A DNA stretch of 63,325 bases, counting the filler. It is 5 parts of 5 records of this genome, joined end to end, with 100 filler letters (N's around TTAATTAATTAA, not from the genome) between each part and the next. Parts side by side here need not be neighbours in the genome. Positions count along the whole stretch, not along the records: positions 14,710 to 34,925 come from SRR2962707_5176; positions 35,026 to 55,588 come from SRR2962707_5177; 3 more parts are not named here. One strand, 5' to 3'. The position numbers and the translations under genes are program-made. Below the pieces are notes generated by a model, which was given only the letters and a program-made list of their open reading frames with translations, ran no database searches and was not told where the DNA came from. Shown one piece after another: positions 31,678 to 42,885 of this stretch. The first letter of the stretch is position 1, and each line of letters starts with the position of its first letter.

Positions 31678-32598
31678 TCACCGCTCCGACCTCTCTCGCC
31701 GGTAGTCCCTTGGCGCCACCCCCATCACCTTCTTGAACTGGCGGGAGAAATAATAAGGGTCATCGTAGCCAAGATCGGCTGCCACCTGGGTGATGCTGAG
31801 ATCGGTGATGTCGAGCAGATAGCAGGCGCGGGTGATCTTCAAATGCTGGAACGCCTGCATCGGCGTCTGCCCGGTCTGCCGTTTGTATTCGCGAATGAAG
31901 TGATAAAGCGACAGTTCACTGGTGGCACTGACCAGTTGTTCCAGCTCGATGCGTTGATGCAGATGCGCCTGCAACCAGGCTTGGATCCGCGGCACGTCCA
32001 GCGCCACGTTGCGGGCCTGACGCTGCCGCCGCATCAATGCCATGAAAGAGAGCAGGCTCTTGAGCAGATTGGCGGCGTAAATCAAGTGATGGGGACGGAA
32101 GCGCGTCACGGTGGTCAACAGCAGCTCCAAATCCTCGGTGAGTCGCGAGTGCTGCCCAACGGTGGCGGTGAAACCGTCCGGGGAACTGAGGATTTCGTCG
32201 AAATAGGTATCCACCTCGGCGCCCCCCAGGTGCACCCAGTAGATCGTCCAGGGGTCCTGAGGGTTGGCCCGGTAACGGTGACGCTGGCCTTCCCGTAACA
32301 ACAGAACATCCCCGGCCCGCACCGGCTGGCGCCGCCCCTCCAGTTCCGCCACGCCGGACCCCGCCAGGCAATAAATCACCAGATGATCCCGCGGCGCCGC
32401 CCGCCCCATATGGTGTCCGGCGGCGGCGGGATAGAACCCGACGCCATGGGGCATGCAGTCCCGGCACAGCGGATGTTCCGCCAGCTCCGCCACCAGCGTA
32501 TGAGGGATCACCACCCGCCGGCCGGCTTTCGGCAATGGCCACTGGGAGGTCTCCACCTGAGGAGAAGGCTCACCAATCATGAGAGCAATTTTATCCAT
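31678..32598 (-). CDS. AraC-family regulator (MmsR-like)
   Basis: AraC ligand-binding domain and C-terminal HTH GYDDPYYFSRQFKK; divergent from the mmsA unit. Confidence 0.9.
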   Translation of the reverse strand: MDKIALMIGEPSPQVETSQWPLPKAGRRVVIPHTLVAELAEHPLCRDCMPHGVGFYPAAAGHHMGRAAPRDHLVIYCLAGSGVAELEGRRQPVRAGDVLLLREGQRHRYRANPQDPWTIYWVHLGGAEVDTYFDEILSSPDGFTATVGQHSRLTEDLELLLTTVTRFRPHHLIYAANLLKSLLSFMALMRRQRQARNVALDVPRIQAWLQAHLHQRIELEQLVSATSELSLYHFIREYKRQTGQTPMQAFQHLKITRACYLLDITDLSITQVAADLGYDDPYYFSRQFKKVMGVAPRDYRRERSER

Positions 32599-32702
32599 CT
32601 TTGATCAATTGCCGCCATCTTAATGGCCATCTCTCCGTGATACAAAAGTGCAATAATTTTAAAAGTAAATGGCATAACGCCCTCCCGCTCCCCACGGCGG
32701 TG

Positions 32703-32713
32703 AAGAACAACAA
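32703..32713 (+). promoter_or_regulatory. Crc/Hfq CA motif in the 5' UTR
   Basis: AAGAACAACAA (AAnAAnAA) immediately before the RBS. Confidence 0.5.
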
Positions 32714-32725
32714 CCAGGACTGAAC

Positions 32726-34036
32726 ATGTTGGTAGCCAGCTTCATTGGCCTGTTCGCCGGCCTTGCTTTATTGGTGGTGCTGACCATGCGAGGGGTCAAC
32801 ATCATCATCTCGGCGGTGCTTTGCGCCGTTCTGGTCGCCTTGTGCAGCGGCTTGTCCCTGCGCGATGCCATGCTCGACAGCTACATGGACGGCTTCACCG
32901 GTTTTTTCACCACCTGGTTCCCGGCCATTCTTCTGGGCGCCATTTTTGGTCAGTTGATGGATGACAGCGGCGCCGCCAAGGCCATTGCCAGAAAATCCCG
33001 CGACTGGTTCGGCGAAAAGCGCGCGATCATGGCCGTGGTGGGCGCATCGGCGATCCTCACCTACGGCGGCGTCAGCGTATTCGTGGTGGGCTTCAGCGTT
33101 TACCCCATCGCCTACGAGCTGTTCAAAGGCGCCAACCTGCCACACCGCTTCATTCCCGCCGCCATGGTATTCGGTTCGATCTCCTTCACCATGACATCGC
33201 CGGGCTCGCCGGAAGTACAGAATCTGATTCCCACCGAGTATTTCGGCACCACCGCCGTGGCCGGCGGGTTCATCGGTGTCCTCTGCGGCATCACCATCCT
33301 GATGATCGGCGCCTTTGCCATCAGAACCCTGGTGCGTCGCGCCATTGCCGCTGGCGAGACCTTCGATCCGCCGGCGGCCAGCCGCAATCATGGTGGCCGT
33401 GAAACGGACAGTTCGATTCCGATTATCGCCGCTCTGACCCCTCTGGTGGTCCTGGTCGGTGGCTTCAACGTGCTGGCGCTGATCTTCGAAATGCGCGCGG
33501 TGGAGGCGTTGCTGATCGCCATGGTCGCCAGTCTGGCGCTGGGTTTCACGCTGTTTCACCGTCATCTGCACCAGCGCGGCCGCACCCTGGGACTGGGGGC
33601 GGACAACGCCCTGGTAGCCACCGCCAACACCTGCGCGGTGGTGGGTTTCGGCGCGGTGGCGGCATTGACGCCGGCCTTCAAGGAAATCGTCGCGGTACTC
33701 ACTGATTTACCCGGCCTGGAGTACGCCGGGCTCGCCATGGCGGTAACGGCTATTGCCGGCATTACCGGCTCTGCCTCGGGCGGCCTGGGTATCGCCTTGC
33801 CGATTCTGGCACCCATCTATCAGGGCATGGGGCTGGACAACGGCGCCATGCACCGGATTTCCGCGTTGGCGTCGGGCGGCCTGGATTCCCTGCCGCATAA
33901 CGGCTACGTGGTCACCACCATCCGCGCCATCTGCAAGGAAACCCACCAGCGCGCCTATCCGGCGGTGTTCGTGGCCAGTGTGCTGGTACCCTCGCTGGTA
34001 CTGGCATTGGCGGTGGTACTGTATACGCTGGTATAG
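32726..34036 (+). CDS. GntP-family organic-acid permease
   Basis: Polytopic; LTYGGVSVFVV, GSASGGLGI and DSLPHNG. Confidence 0.85.
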   Translation: MLVASFIGLFAGLALLVVLTMRGVNIIISAVLCAVLVALCSGLSLRDAMLDSYMDGFTGFFTTWFPAILLGAIFGQLMDDSGAAKAIARKSRDWFGEKRAIMAVVGASAILTYGGVSVFVVGFSVYPIAYELFKGANLPHRFIPAAMVFGSISFTMTSPGSPEVQNLIPTEYFGTTAVAGGFIGVLCGITILMIGAFAIRTLVRRAIAAGETFDPPAASRNHGGRETDSSIPIIAALTPLVVLVGGFNVLALIFEMRAVEALLIAMVASLALGFTLFHRHLHQRGRTLGLGADNALVATANTCAVVGFGAVAALTPAFKEIVAVLTDLPGLEYAGLAMAVTAIAGITGSASGGLGIALPILAPIYQGMGLDNGAMHRISALASGGLDSLPHNGYVVTTIRAICKETHQRAYPAVFVASVLVPSLVLALAVVLYTLV

Positions 34037-34154
34037 AGCCGGCGCCGGGGAGGGTCGGGCAAGATCCTCCATGACCGATCAATCCCGCCCATCCGCAGCG
34101 AGGACGGGATGTGTTACACCACAGACATGTTGTTAAAAACATTTGGAGAGCGTT

Positions 34155-34925
34155 ATGTCCACCCGACTGCCTCAATTGATCAACGGTGAGTTCGCGCAAA
34201 GCGCCACCGATACCTGGATTCCCGTCACCAACCCGGCCACCCAGGAAGTGCTGTGCGAAGCCCCGGCGGCCACCGGCGAGGAAATGGAGCAAGCCATCGC
34301 CGCCGCCAAGGCCGCCTTCGAGGAATGGCGTGAGGTGCCGGTCACCGAACGGGCCCGTCTGATGATGCGCTACCAGCATTTGCTGAAGGAGCGCCACGAC
34401 GATATCGCCAAGGTGCTGGCGAAGGAGACCGGCAAGACCTTCGAGGACGCCAAGGGCGATGTCTGGCGTGGCATCGAAGTGGTCGAACAGGCCGCCAATA
34501 TCCCGTCGCTGATGATGGGCGAAACGGTGGAGAACGTGGCCCGCAGCATCGACACCCATTCCTGGATCCAGCCGCTGGGCGTGTGCGCCGGCATCACCCC
34601 GTTCAACTTCCCGGCGATGATTCCGCTGTGGATGTTCCCGATGGCGATCGCCTGCGGCAACACCTTCGTGCTCAAGCCTTCCGAGCAGGATCCGATGACC
34701 CCCAATCTGCTGGCGGAACTGTTCCTGGAAGCCGGCGCGCCGAAGAACGTGCTGCAGGTGGTGCACGGCGGCAAGCAGCAGGTGGATACCTTGCTCACCC
34801 ATCCGGAGATCAAGGCGGTGTCCTTCGTCGGTTCCGTGCCGGTGGGCCAGCATGTTTACCGCACCGCTACCGAGCATCTCAAGCGCGCCCAGTGTTTCGC
34901 CGGCGCCAAGAACCACATGGTGATC
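34155..34925 (+). CDS. mmsA: CoA-acylating methylmalonate-semialdehyde dehydrogenase (3' end cut off)
   Basis: [30 protein letters not shown] and GAKNH. Confidence 0.93.
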
Positions 34926-35025
34926 NNNNNNNNNNNNNNNNNNNNNNNNNNNNNNNNNNNNNNNNNNNNTTAATTAATTAANNNNNNNNNNNNNNNNNNN
35001 NNNNNNNNNNNNNNNNNNNNNNNNN
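34926..35025. other. Artificial contig spacer
   Basis: N44-TTAATTAATTAA-N44. Confidence 0.99.
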
Positions 35026-36148
35026 CGGTCGCATCTGCGCCGCCGCGCCCATAACAGGCTGGCCCCGGTGTCGAACCGGCAGACTCTGGTCCAACCCGCA
35101 ACACCCCCCGGTCATCCACGGTCGCAATTGAACCACCGCCGATCCCGATCGAGCTGACGGACACCGAAGGAATATGTAATGGGAAAGGCCCGATCAGCTC
35201 ATCGCAGCCATATTGGACTTCGCCATTTACGATCAGAGCAAAATCGGCAGAGGTTCCGCCAATATCCAGCGTCAGAACATGGGATTCACCGACTTGACGG
35301 GCGAGCCACGCCGCGCCAATCACCCCCGAAGCCGTGCCGGATAACAGCATCGAGACACAGCCCCGCCGTCCTTCGCCTGCGTTCATCAACCCGCCGTTCG
35401 ATTTTGTCAGCATCGCCCGCGTCGGCACGCCTTGTGATGCCAACCGGTTTTCCAAGGCGGTCAGATAGCCTGACACGCGTGGATGCACATAGCCATTCAG
35501 AATGGCGGTTGAGCTGCGTTCGTATTCGCGGATCACCGGCCAGACCTCACTAGAGGTAAAAACAAACAGCGCCGGTTCAGCGGCTTCGACCAGCGCTTTG
35601 ACCTCGGCTTCCTGTGTGCCATCGCGCCAACTGTGCAGCAACGCGACGATGACGCCCTCTGCACCGGCGGCTTTTGCCGCACGGGCCGCGGACCGCACTG
35701 CATCCTTGTCAAGTTTTTCAGAAACACTGCCATCAGCGCGCATTCGGGCAGGCACACCAAAAACCATATCGCGGGCAATCAACGGCTCTGCCCGGTGACA
35801 GAACAGTGAATACATGTCGGGCATCCGCAACCGGGCCAGCTCGATCACGTCCTCAAAGCCTGCGTTGGTGATCAGCGCCAGCTTTGCGCCTTTGCGTTGC
35901 AGGATCGTGTTGACCCCAACTGTCGTGCCATGGACAAACCGGCTCACCGTCGCGGGATCCATCCCTTCACGTTCCGCCAAAAGCGCCATTCCGGTTAGCA
36001 GTTCCGCCCCCGGATCATCGGGTGTGGTCAACACCTTAAGCGACGCGACGCGCCCTGAAACTGTCTCTAACGCGCAGAAGTCCATAAAAGTGCCGCCAAT
36101 GTCGACACCAATCTTCCAATCCGCTTTCGGCGGCGTGCTGCCATCCAT
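35026..36148 (-). CDS. Hydantoinase/oxoprolinase A subunit (3' end cut off)
   Basis: GVDIGGTF, HGTT, DIGGTSAD and VGPESAGSTPGPACYG. Confidence 0.92.
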
Positions 36149-36247
36149 GCTGAGGTCCTTTCAGGTCCAGGTCTCTATTCCCTCCCACCTGACCAGAAAG
36201 AGTTTACCGGGTCCAAGACGCATGATGACCGGACGCATAAGTCGGGC

Positions 36248-37144
36248 TTATGGCATGGTGGAAAGTCGAGCTGCACAAACTGAGCGGATCTGGTCGCGCA
36301 TGATCTCTTCTGCGCGCGACAACCCCGTACCCCGCAGTGTCAAGAGAGACAGCGGCAAGTCTGGCGCACCGCTGAGGGGACGCGTCACAACGTGATCGAA
36401 CTGCGCCCAAGGTAGCAAGGAATCCACCACGGCCACGCCTAGGCCCGCTTGGACAAACCCCACTGCCGTGATGGACACATCAATTTCCAGCTGAGGGGTA
36501 AATTTCAAACCTGCGCGGCGGGCGGCCTTGTCCAACTCATCATGTGGGCGGGTTGAACTGCGATAAGAGATGATGGTTTCCGCTGCCAAATCCTTAAAAC
36601 TGACCTCGTCCTTTTGAGCCAAGGGATGGGTCGCCAATACCAGACAGCAAAATGACGTCGTCCCAAGCCGCTCTACCGCAATATCTGCCGGAAGGTGGTC
36701 ATCCAAAGCCAGCGCAAGGGCCGAGTCCCCGGCTCTTAGCATGGCCACCAAAGACGCAATCGGAGCGACGTTGGAGCGCAAGGCAATGTCAGGGTGTAAC
36801 TCTCTGTACTGCGCCAGAATCTGCGGCAAAAGGGACATCGCCGGGGGCGCCGATGCTCCAACCCGTACCAGACCGGCACGGCCCTGCCGTAAATCCTGAG
36901 TTTTGCGCCGCAACCCTTCCAACCCGGCAAACAATCGCTCTGCTTCAGGGTACAATTCCAGCGCCTCTGCCGTGGGCCGCAACCGCCCTTTTTCTCGGTC
37001 GAACAGGGCAAAGCCCAATTCATCCTCGCAATGCATCAGGATCTGGCTCAGCGCAGGTTGAGAAATATTGAGTTGCCGCGCGGCTTCGGTCACCGTACCG
37101 GCCCGCATCACGGCGGTAAAAACTTCAAGTTGGCGTGCGCGCAT
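36248..37144 (-). CDS. LysR-family regulator
   Basis: N-terminal HTH (TVTEAARQLNISQPALS) plus substrate-binding domain. Confidence 0.93.
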   Translation of the reverse strand: MRARQLEVFTAVMRAGTVTEAARQLNISQPALSQILMHCEDELGFALFDREKGRLRPTAEALELYPEAERLFAGLEGLRRKTQDLRQGRAGLVRVGASAPPAMSLLPQILAQYRELHPDIALRSNVAPIASLVAMLRAGDSALALALDDHLPADIAVERLGTTSFCCLVLATHPLAQKDEVSFKDLAAETIISYRSSTRPHDELDKAARRAGLKFTPQLEIDVSITAVGFVQAGLGVAVVDSLLPWAQFDHVVTRPLSGAPDLPLSLLTLRGTGLSRAEEIMRDQIRSVCAARLSTMP

Positions 37145-37253
37145 AATGCCCCCATAGGTTGGACTTATGATGTACAACGTATCGCGTCTTTGACGCACAG
37201 CCCCTTGACCCTGTTTTATAGACGAAATCTAAAAATCCAAAAAGGGGTTTGCC

Positions 37254-38360
37254 GTGGATGTGATTGTACTTGGTGGTGGGTTGATGGGCACAAGTGCGGC
37301 CTTCTTCCTTGCCCGTCGAGGTAAGTCGGTCACATTGATTGATATCGGGCCAATTGGCGCAGGCGCCACTGTGGCCTCCTTTGGGAATATTCGGCGTACG
37401 GGTCGATCGCTTTACCAGCTGCCATTGGCGCACCGCGCGCTTGGCCTGTGGCGGGCGGCGGAAAAGCTGCTGGGACAGGATGTGGAGTTTCGCGCCACAG
37501 GGCATCTGCGCGTTATCCATGACACCCAAAGCCGGAGCGACATGCGCCGTTTTTCTCAAGAGGCCAAACCATGGGGTTTCGACCTTGAAGAGCTTGACGC
37601 TACGGAGCTGCGGCATCGCTTTCCGGGTCTTGGTCCCCGGGCCATAGGCGCATCCTTTTCGCCGCAGGACGGATCGGCCAACCCGCGCCTTGTTGCCCCT
37701 GCCTTTGCCCAAGCCGCTGCGCGTTTGGGGGTGGACATTCACCCTCATACTCAAGTCCGATCCATCGACAAAACAAGCGAAGGCTTTGCCGTGGACACCA
37801 ACCTTGGCCGGTTCGAAAGCGCAACACTGCTGAATTGTGCGGGGGCTTGGGGCAAAGGCATCGCCGCGCATTTTGGCGAAGATGTTCCGCTGACAACCCA
37901 CGGCCCCCAAATGGGTGTGACCGAACCTTTGCCCTATCGCATCAAACCCGTGCTCGGAGAATGGACGCAGGGCATCGGCGGTTACCTGCGCCAGGTCGAA
38001 CGCGGCAACATCGTCTTTGGCGGCGGTGTTACTCGCTTGCCCGTACCCCCTGATCCTGGTCACGCTAAAGTGGCCCCGACCTCCATGGCCCAACAAATTA
38101 AAGCCCTGGTACGTATTCTGCCAGCGCTTCGAAACGTGGCCGTGATCCGGCAATGGTCGGGCTGCGAAGGGTATATGGCCGATGATCTGCCTGTGATGGG
38201 CGCATCGGGCACCACGCCGGGGCTGTTCCACGCCTTCGGCTTTTGTGGCCATGGCTTTCAGCTTGGTCCCGGTGTGGGCGATGCAATGGCGGAATTGATC
38301 TCTGACAGCACTTGTGAGACCCCGCTTGATGCCTTTGACATTCGCAGGTTTGCAGCATGA
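37254..38360 (+). CDS. FAD-dependent oxidoreductase (DAO/SoxB/OoxB-like)
   Basis: VLGGGLMG dinucleotide motif and FGFCGHGFQLGP. Confidence 0.9.
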   Translation: MDVIVLGGGLMGTSAAFFLARRGKSVTLIDIGPIGAGATVASFGNIRRTGRSLYQLPLAHRALGLWRAAEKLLGQDVEFRATGHLRVIHDTQSRSDMRRFSQEAKPWGFDLEELDATELRHRFPGLGPRAIGASFSPQDGSANPRLVAPAFAQAAARLGVDIHPHTQVRSIDKTSEGFAVDTNLGRFESATLLNCAGAWGKGIAAHFGEDVPLTTHGPQMGVTEPLPYRIKPVLGEWTQGIGGYLRQVERGNIVFGGGVTRLPVPPDPGHAKVAPTSMAQQIKALVRILPALRNVAVIRQWSGCEGYMADDLPVMGASGTTPGLFHAFGFCGHGFQLGPGVGDAMAELISDSTCETPLDAFDIRRFAA

Positions 38361-38365
38361 CACGG

Positions 38366-39691
38366 TCAAAACTTCGACACACTGCCCCATTGCGATTGGC
38401 TGAACCGGGACAGGCGATATTGCACGGTCTCGGTGATCGGTGGGCGCCCAAGCACCAGATCCGCCACCAGATGTCCTATACCGGGGCCGATGCCAAATCC
38501 ATGGCCCGACAAGCCCGCGGCCAAGGTCAGTCCCGGGATACCGATGTCATTGTCGATCACGGGCACGCCGTCCGGGGTGCTGTCGATATATCCCGCCCAA
38601 CTGGCCTGAACCGGCACGGCCTCAAGCGCCGGCAACAGCTGTCGTGCCCGGGCCAGCGTCTTGTTCACGGTTTTAACCGACGGGCGCGGATCAAGGATTC
38701 GCGCACGCTCCATCGGCGTTACGCTGTCCAAGCCCCATTTCGCTGTACTCTCAAAGCCTGCCTGCCAAGCCTGCAACCCGCCCGGAGTCAGCGATCGCCA
38801 GCGTTTTGTGAACATCGGCAGGAAATGTTTGCTTTCACGGATCATCCGGGGCGTCAGATCAACATTGCTTTTGCCCGAAATGGCCAATGTGTGCCCGCCA
38901 TCGCCGCGTCGGGTCAACGACACTGCGGCGGTATGCAAGGCGAATGGCAACCCTTCAGCGCCAGGAGCCACCGACAAGATCGAACTGCGGACCGAGGCTT
39001 GCGGAAAGAAAATCCCGGATTGATGCAAAAAGCTTCCGGCCCATGCGCCACCGGCCATGACCACTTGCGCAGTGCGGATGACTCCGCGTTCGGTCACCAC
39101 AGCACATACAGCACCGGCCTCGGTTTCAATGCCACGGGCCGCGCAGCCCTGAACCACAACACCGCCATGCTGGATCACACCTTGTGCAATCAACGGCGCG
39201 GCGCTGGCCGGGTCCGCGATGCCATCGCTGGGCGACCAGACACCCCCGGCCCAGTTTTGCCCCGTGGCCGCGCCTTTTTCGGTGGCCTCTGCCGCGCTCA
39301 ACATACGGGTGTCAACACCCTCGCCCCGCGCAAACCTGCCCCAAGTATCCCAGCCGTCAATCTCGGCTGCGTCGTTGGAAAGGTAGAGCAAACCACAGCG
39401 GCGAAAACCAAGATCAGCGCCAATATCCTGTGCCATCTCTTCCCACAGCGACAGGCTGCGGGTCGACAAGGGAAGTTCACGGGCGTCCCGGTTCTGCTGT
39501 CGGCACCAACCCCAGTTTCGACTGGACTGTTCGCCGCCAATAACGCCCTTTTCAAGCAACACCACCTTCATGCCAGCCCGAGACAACCAGTAGGCTGTGC
39601 TAACCCCGGCAATTCCCGCACCGATCACCACACAGTCGGCGACATCGGGAAATTCCTCATTTGTGTTAATCTTCATCAGGGGGGCAGGCAT
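38366..39691 (-). CDS. FAD-dependent oxidoreductase (D-amino acid oxidase family)
   Basis: IGAGIAG, EQSSRNWGW and GLSGHGFGIGPG. Confidence 0.9.
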   Translation of the reverse strand: MPAPLMKINTNEEFPDVADCVVIGAGIAGVSTAYWLSRAGMKVVLLEKGVIGGEQSSRNWGWCRQQNRDARELPLSTRSLSLWEEMAQDIGADLGFRRCGLLYLSNDAAEIDGWDTWGRFARGEGVDTRMLSAAEATEKGAATGQNWAGGVWSPSDGIADPASAAPLIAQGVIQHGGVVVQGCAARGIETEAGAVCAVVTERGVIRTAQVVMAGGAWAGSFLHQSGIFFPQASVRSSILSVAPGAEGLPFALHTAAVSLTRRGDGGHTLAISGKSNVDLTPRMIRESKHFLPMFTKRWRSLTPGGLQAWQAGFESTAKWGLDSVTPMERARILDPRPSVKTVNKTLARARQLLPALEAVPVQASWAGYIDSTPDGVPVIDNDIGIPGLTLAAGLSGHGFGIGPGIGHLVADLVLGRPPITETVQYRLSRFSQSQWGSVSKF

Positions 39692-39850
39692 TGTATTCTC
39701 CGCGCTTTTCTCAGAAACTAAACCAAGTCACCCAGCCGCTTCTGCCGGATCAATGCACCGCAACGGCATATCCTGTCGAATGCTGTTGACCTTATCGGTC
39801 TACTGACGTTCAGAGCAATTTGTTAGCCGAAAGATCGAAAAGGACTGAAC

Positions 39851-40345
39851 ATGACTCCTCGCCACAAGTTGGATCGGATCGACTTGAAAATTCTCACAGA
39901 GCTTCAGGGCAACGGGCGCATCACAAATGCTGAGTTGGCCGAGCGTGTGAACCTGTCTCCATCACCTTGCCTGATGCGGGTCAAAAAGCTGCAAAAGTCT
40001 GGGTATATCACTGGGTATGCGGCACAAATTGACGTGGGCATGTTGGGCGAGACCCTTGTCGTCTTTACCGAATTCACCCTGACAAATCACCGTCAGATCG
40101 ACTTTGCCCGCTTTCAGGAAGCCCTGGAAAAGCTCGATTGCTGTGTCGAATGTTATCTGGTGTCGGGCGGCTATGACTATCTGGCGAAATTCGTGACATC
40201 ATCAATCGCAGACTATCAGAATATCATCGAAGCCCTCATCGACCGCAATGTCGGTATCGACAAATACTTCAGCTTCGTCGTGATGAAGACCCCCTTTGCC
40301 AAGACACAGATCCCCCTGACCCACCTGTTCGGGGATCAGGACTGA
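39851..40345 (+). CDS. Lrp/AsnC-family regulator
   Basis: LDRIDLKIL, VNLSPSPCL.RVKKL and SGGYDYL. Confidence 0.94.
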   Translation: MTPRHKLDRIDLKILTELQGNGRITNAELAERVNLSPSPCLMRVKKLQKSGYITGYAAQIDVGMLGETLVVFTEFTLTNHRQIDFARFQEALEKLDCCVECYLVSGGYDYLAKFVTSSIADYQNIIEALIDRNVGIDKYFSFVVMKTPFAKTQIPLTHLFGDQD

Positions 40346-40351
40346 GGCCAG

Positions 40352-42022
40352 TTATCTGTTGGCAAATTGCGCCACCAAGTCTTGATCCTGCTCAAGCCCG
40401 GACAGCCATCCGGTATCCAATTTAGGGATCGAAGAGATCAGCAGGCGCGAATAAGGATGGGTCGCCCGTGTCGAGATGTCCGCAGCCGGCAAGGCCTCAA
40501 CAACTTTGCCTTTCAGCATCACCAGCACATCGTCACAAATCGCTTCAACAGTCGAAAGATCATGGCTGATGAACATGTAGCTTAGGTTAAGTTCACGTTG
40601 TAGTTCCTTCAGCAATTCAAGGATCGCCGCCGCCACAACAGTGTCCAGAGCCGAGGTGATTTCATCACACAGGATCAGGTCCGGATCGGCCGCCAACGCG
40701 CGGGCAAGGTTGACCCGCTGTTTTTGCCCACCTGACAATTCACCTGGCAAGCGGTGGCGCATATTCGCGGGCAAATGGACCATGTCCAACAGCTCAATCA
40801 CCCGGGTTTCACGCGCCTTGCCTCGCAAACCGCGATACAAGGTCAAAGGACGCCCAATGATCGACCCGATAGAATGGCCGGGATTCAACGCCGTATCAGC
40901 CAGCTGGAACACGATCTGCATACGGCGTAACTGGTCTTTCGATCGGTTCTTGAGGTCGCCCTCCAGCTCCGTACCGTTAAACCTGACGTGCCCCGCAAAG
41001 GGTGGCAGAATGCCTGCAACGGCCCGCGCTAACGTCGATTTACCGGACCCGGATTCACCGATGACACCCAAGTTGCGACCCGGCTCAAGACGGAAAGACA
41101 CATTGTCGAGGATTTTCACATTGGGTTGACCATTGCGAATGCGACCATAGCCCGCGCACAGGTCCGTGACCTCGAGAATGGGCTTGATGATTTCCGCTTC
41201 GTCGGTTTCGACCTCTGCGACTCTTGGTGCCGGTTCAAAGGCCGCCAAAAGCTCTTGTGTGTAAGGATGGGTCGGGGACGTCAAAATTTGTTCAGCGGTC
41301 CCTTCTTCCTGAATTTCTCCGTTACGTAGCACGATGATACGGTCCGCAATCTGTGCCACAACGGCCAGATCGTGGCTGACATAGACGCCAGAAATATCCC
41401 CCTGCTTCATAACGGATTTAAAGGCCCGTAGCACCTCAATCTGTGTGGTGACATCCAGCGCTGTCGTTGGCTCATCGAAGATCACCAAGGACGGGCTGCC
41501 GATCAGCGCCATTGCCGCCGAGAGCCGCTGAAGTTGGCCACCGGAGACCTGATGCGGATAGCGTTCGCCGATTGTATCTGGTTCAGGCAGCGCCAGAGCC
41601 TTGAACAGCTCCACCGCCTTGGCCTCTGCGTCGCTGCGCGACATCAGTTTGTGAATGGCAGAGATTTCGATCACTTGGTCCATGATCCGTTTGGACGGGT
41701 TGAACGCCGCCGCCGCCGATTGCGGCACATAGGACACCTGCGTGCCGCGCACCTTTGCGCGGGCTTTGTTGGTCATCGCGGTGATGTCATCGTTGCCGAT
41801 CTCGATTGTACCGCCAGTGATCTCACAGCCCGTGCGGGTGTGCCCCATCAATGACAAAGCAATGGTCGTTTTTCCTGACCCGGATTCTCCGATCAGAGCC
41901 AGAATTTCACCCGGCGCTATATCAAAGCTGATCCGTTTGATGATCTGAACCTTACGACCTGAATCCGTGGTTGCCCCGACTTCAAGGTCGTGAACGCGCA
42001 CCAGTGAGCTATTTGTCATCAT
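40352..42022 (-). CDS. Dpp/Opp-type ABC transporter ATPase with two nucleotide-binding domains
   Basis: Two GESGSGK Walker A motifs and two SGGQ signatures. Confidence 0.94.
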   Translation of the reverse strand: MMTNSSLVRVHDLEVGATTDSGRKVQIIKRISFDIAPGEILALIGESGSGKTTIALSLMGHTRTGCEITGGTIEIGNDDITAMTNKARAKVRGTQVSYVPQSAAAAFNPSKRIMDQVIEISAIHKLMSRSDAEAKAVELFKALALPEPDTIGERYPHQVSGGQLQRLSAAMALIGSPSLVIFDEPTTALDVTTQIEVLRAFKSVMKQGDISGVYVSHDLAVVAQIADRIIVLRNGEIQEEGTAEQILTSPTHPYTQELLAAFEPAPRVAEVETDEAEIIKPILEVTDLCAGYGRIRNGQPNVKILDNVSFRLEPGRNLGVIGESGSGKSTLARAVAGILPPFAGHVRFNGTELEGDLKNRSKDQLRRMQIVFQLADTALNPGHSIGSIIGRPLTLYRGLRGKARETRVIELLDMVHLPANMRHRLPGELSGGQKQRVNLARALAADPDLILCDEITSALDTVVAAAILELLKELQRELNLSYMFISHDLSTVEAICDDVLVMLKGKVVEALPAADISTRATHPYSRLLISSIPKLDTGWLSGLEQDQDLVAQFANR

Positions 42023-42885
42023 TTGTTCCTGTCACGAATTCGGGTGGGCAGATTGTCTATGAACATGTTGACCGAGATGGTCAGCGACGCGATGGCGACG
42101 GATGGAAAGATCACAGCCGGGGCACCAAGGCTCAGGCCTTCGATATTCTCGCGGACCAATGCGCCCCAGTCGGCATAAGGCGGCTGAACGCCCAAGCCCA
42201 AGAAGGACAATCCGGACAGAACCAGCACGATAAAGACAAATCGAAGACCGAGATCCGCCAAGACCGGTCCCAGAATATTCGGAAAAATCTCTCGTATTAT
42301 CAAATAAGGCGTGCCCTCGCCCCGTGCTCGGGCGACCGTCACGAAATCCATCGTATTGATGTTAACAGCCAAGGCGCGCGCGAAGCGGTAAGAGCCGGGC
42401 ATGTAGATGGCTGTCAGTGTCAGGATCAGCACCGGGATCGATGACCCGACGGCCGCGACCACAACGAGACCAAACAGCAACGAGGGAATACCGTTGAACG
42501 CATCCAATAGCCGCGACAGGATCATGTCGAACCAACCTCCGGCAACGGCGGCGATCATGCCCAGCAACACACCAAACGTAACGGCAAGCGTCACCGACGC
42601 AAGGGCGATCCCAACCGTATAACGCGCGCCCATCAGGATGCGTGAAAAGATATCACGCCCCAAATAATCGGTGCCCATCCAGAATTTAGAAGTGACACCA
42701 CCAAAATAATCCCAGTCGACAATTTTGCCCGGAGGATGGGGGGCCAACGCCGGGCCAATCAACGCGACCAGCGCCCAGAACAGGATCACTGCAAGGCCGA
42801 TCCGTCCGACCCAGTTGAAACTGAATTTTCTCCCCGAAGGCATGGGCGCTTCGGCTTTTACAGAGTTGTCGGACACGGATGTCAT
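42019..42885 (-). CDS. Dpp/Opp-type ABC permease (C subunit)
   Basis: GTDYLGRD and LSFLGLGVQPP. Confidence 0.93.
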   Translation of the reverse strand: MTSVSDNSVKAEAPMPSGRKFSFNWVGRIGLAVILFWALVALIGPALAPHPPGKIVDWDYFGGVTSKFWMGTDYLGRDIFSRILMGARYTVGIALASVTLAVTFGVLLGMIAAVAGGWFDMILSRLLDAFNGIPSLLFGLVVVAAVGSSIPVLILTLTAIYMPGSYRFARALAVNINTMDFVTVARARGEGTPYLIIREIFPNILGPVLADLGLRFVFIVLVLSGLSFLGLGVQPPYADWGALVRENIEGLSLGAPAVIFPSVAIASLTISVNMFIDNLPTRIRDRNK

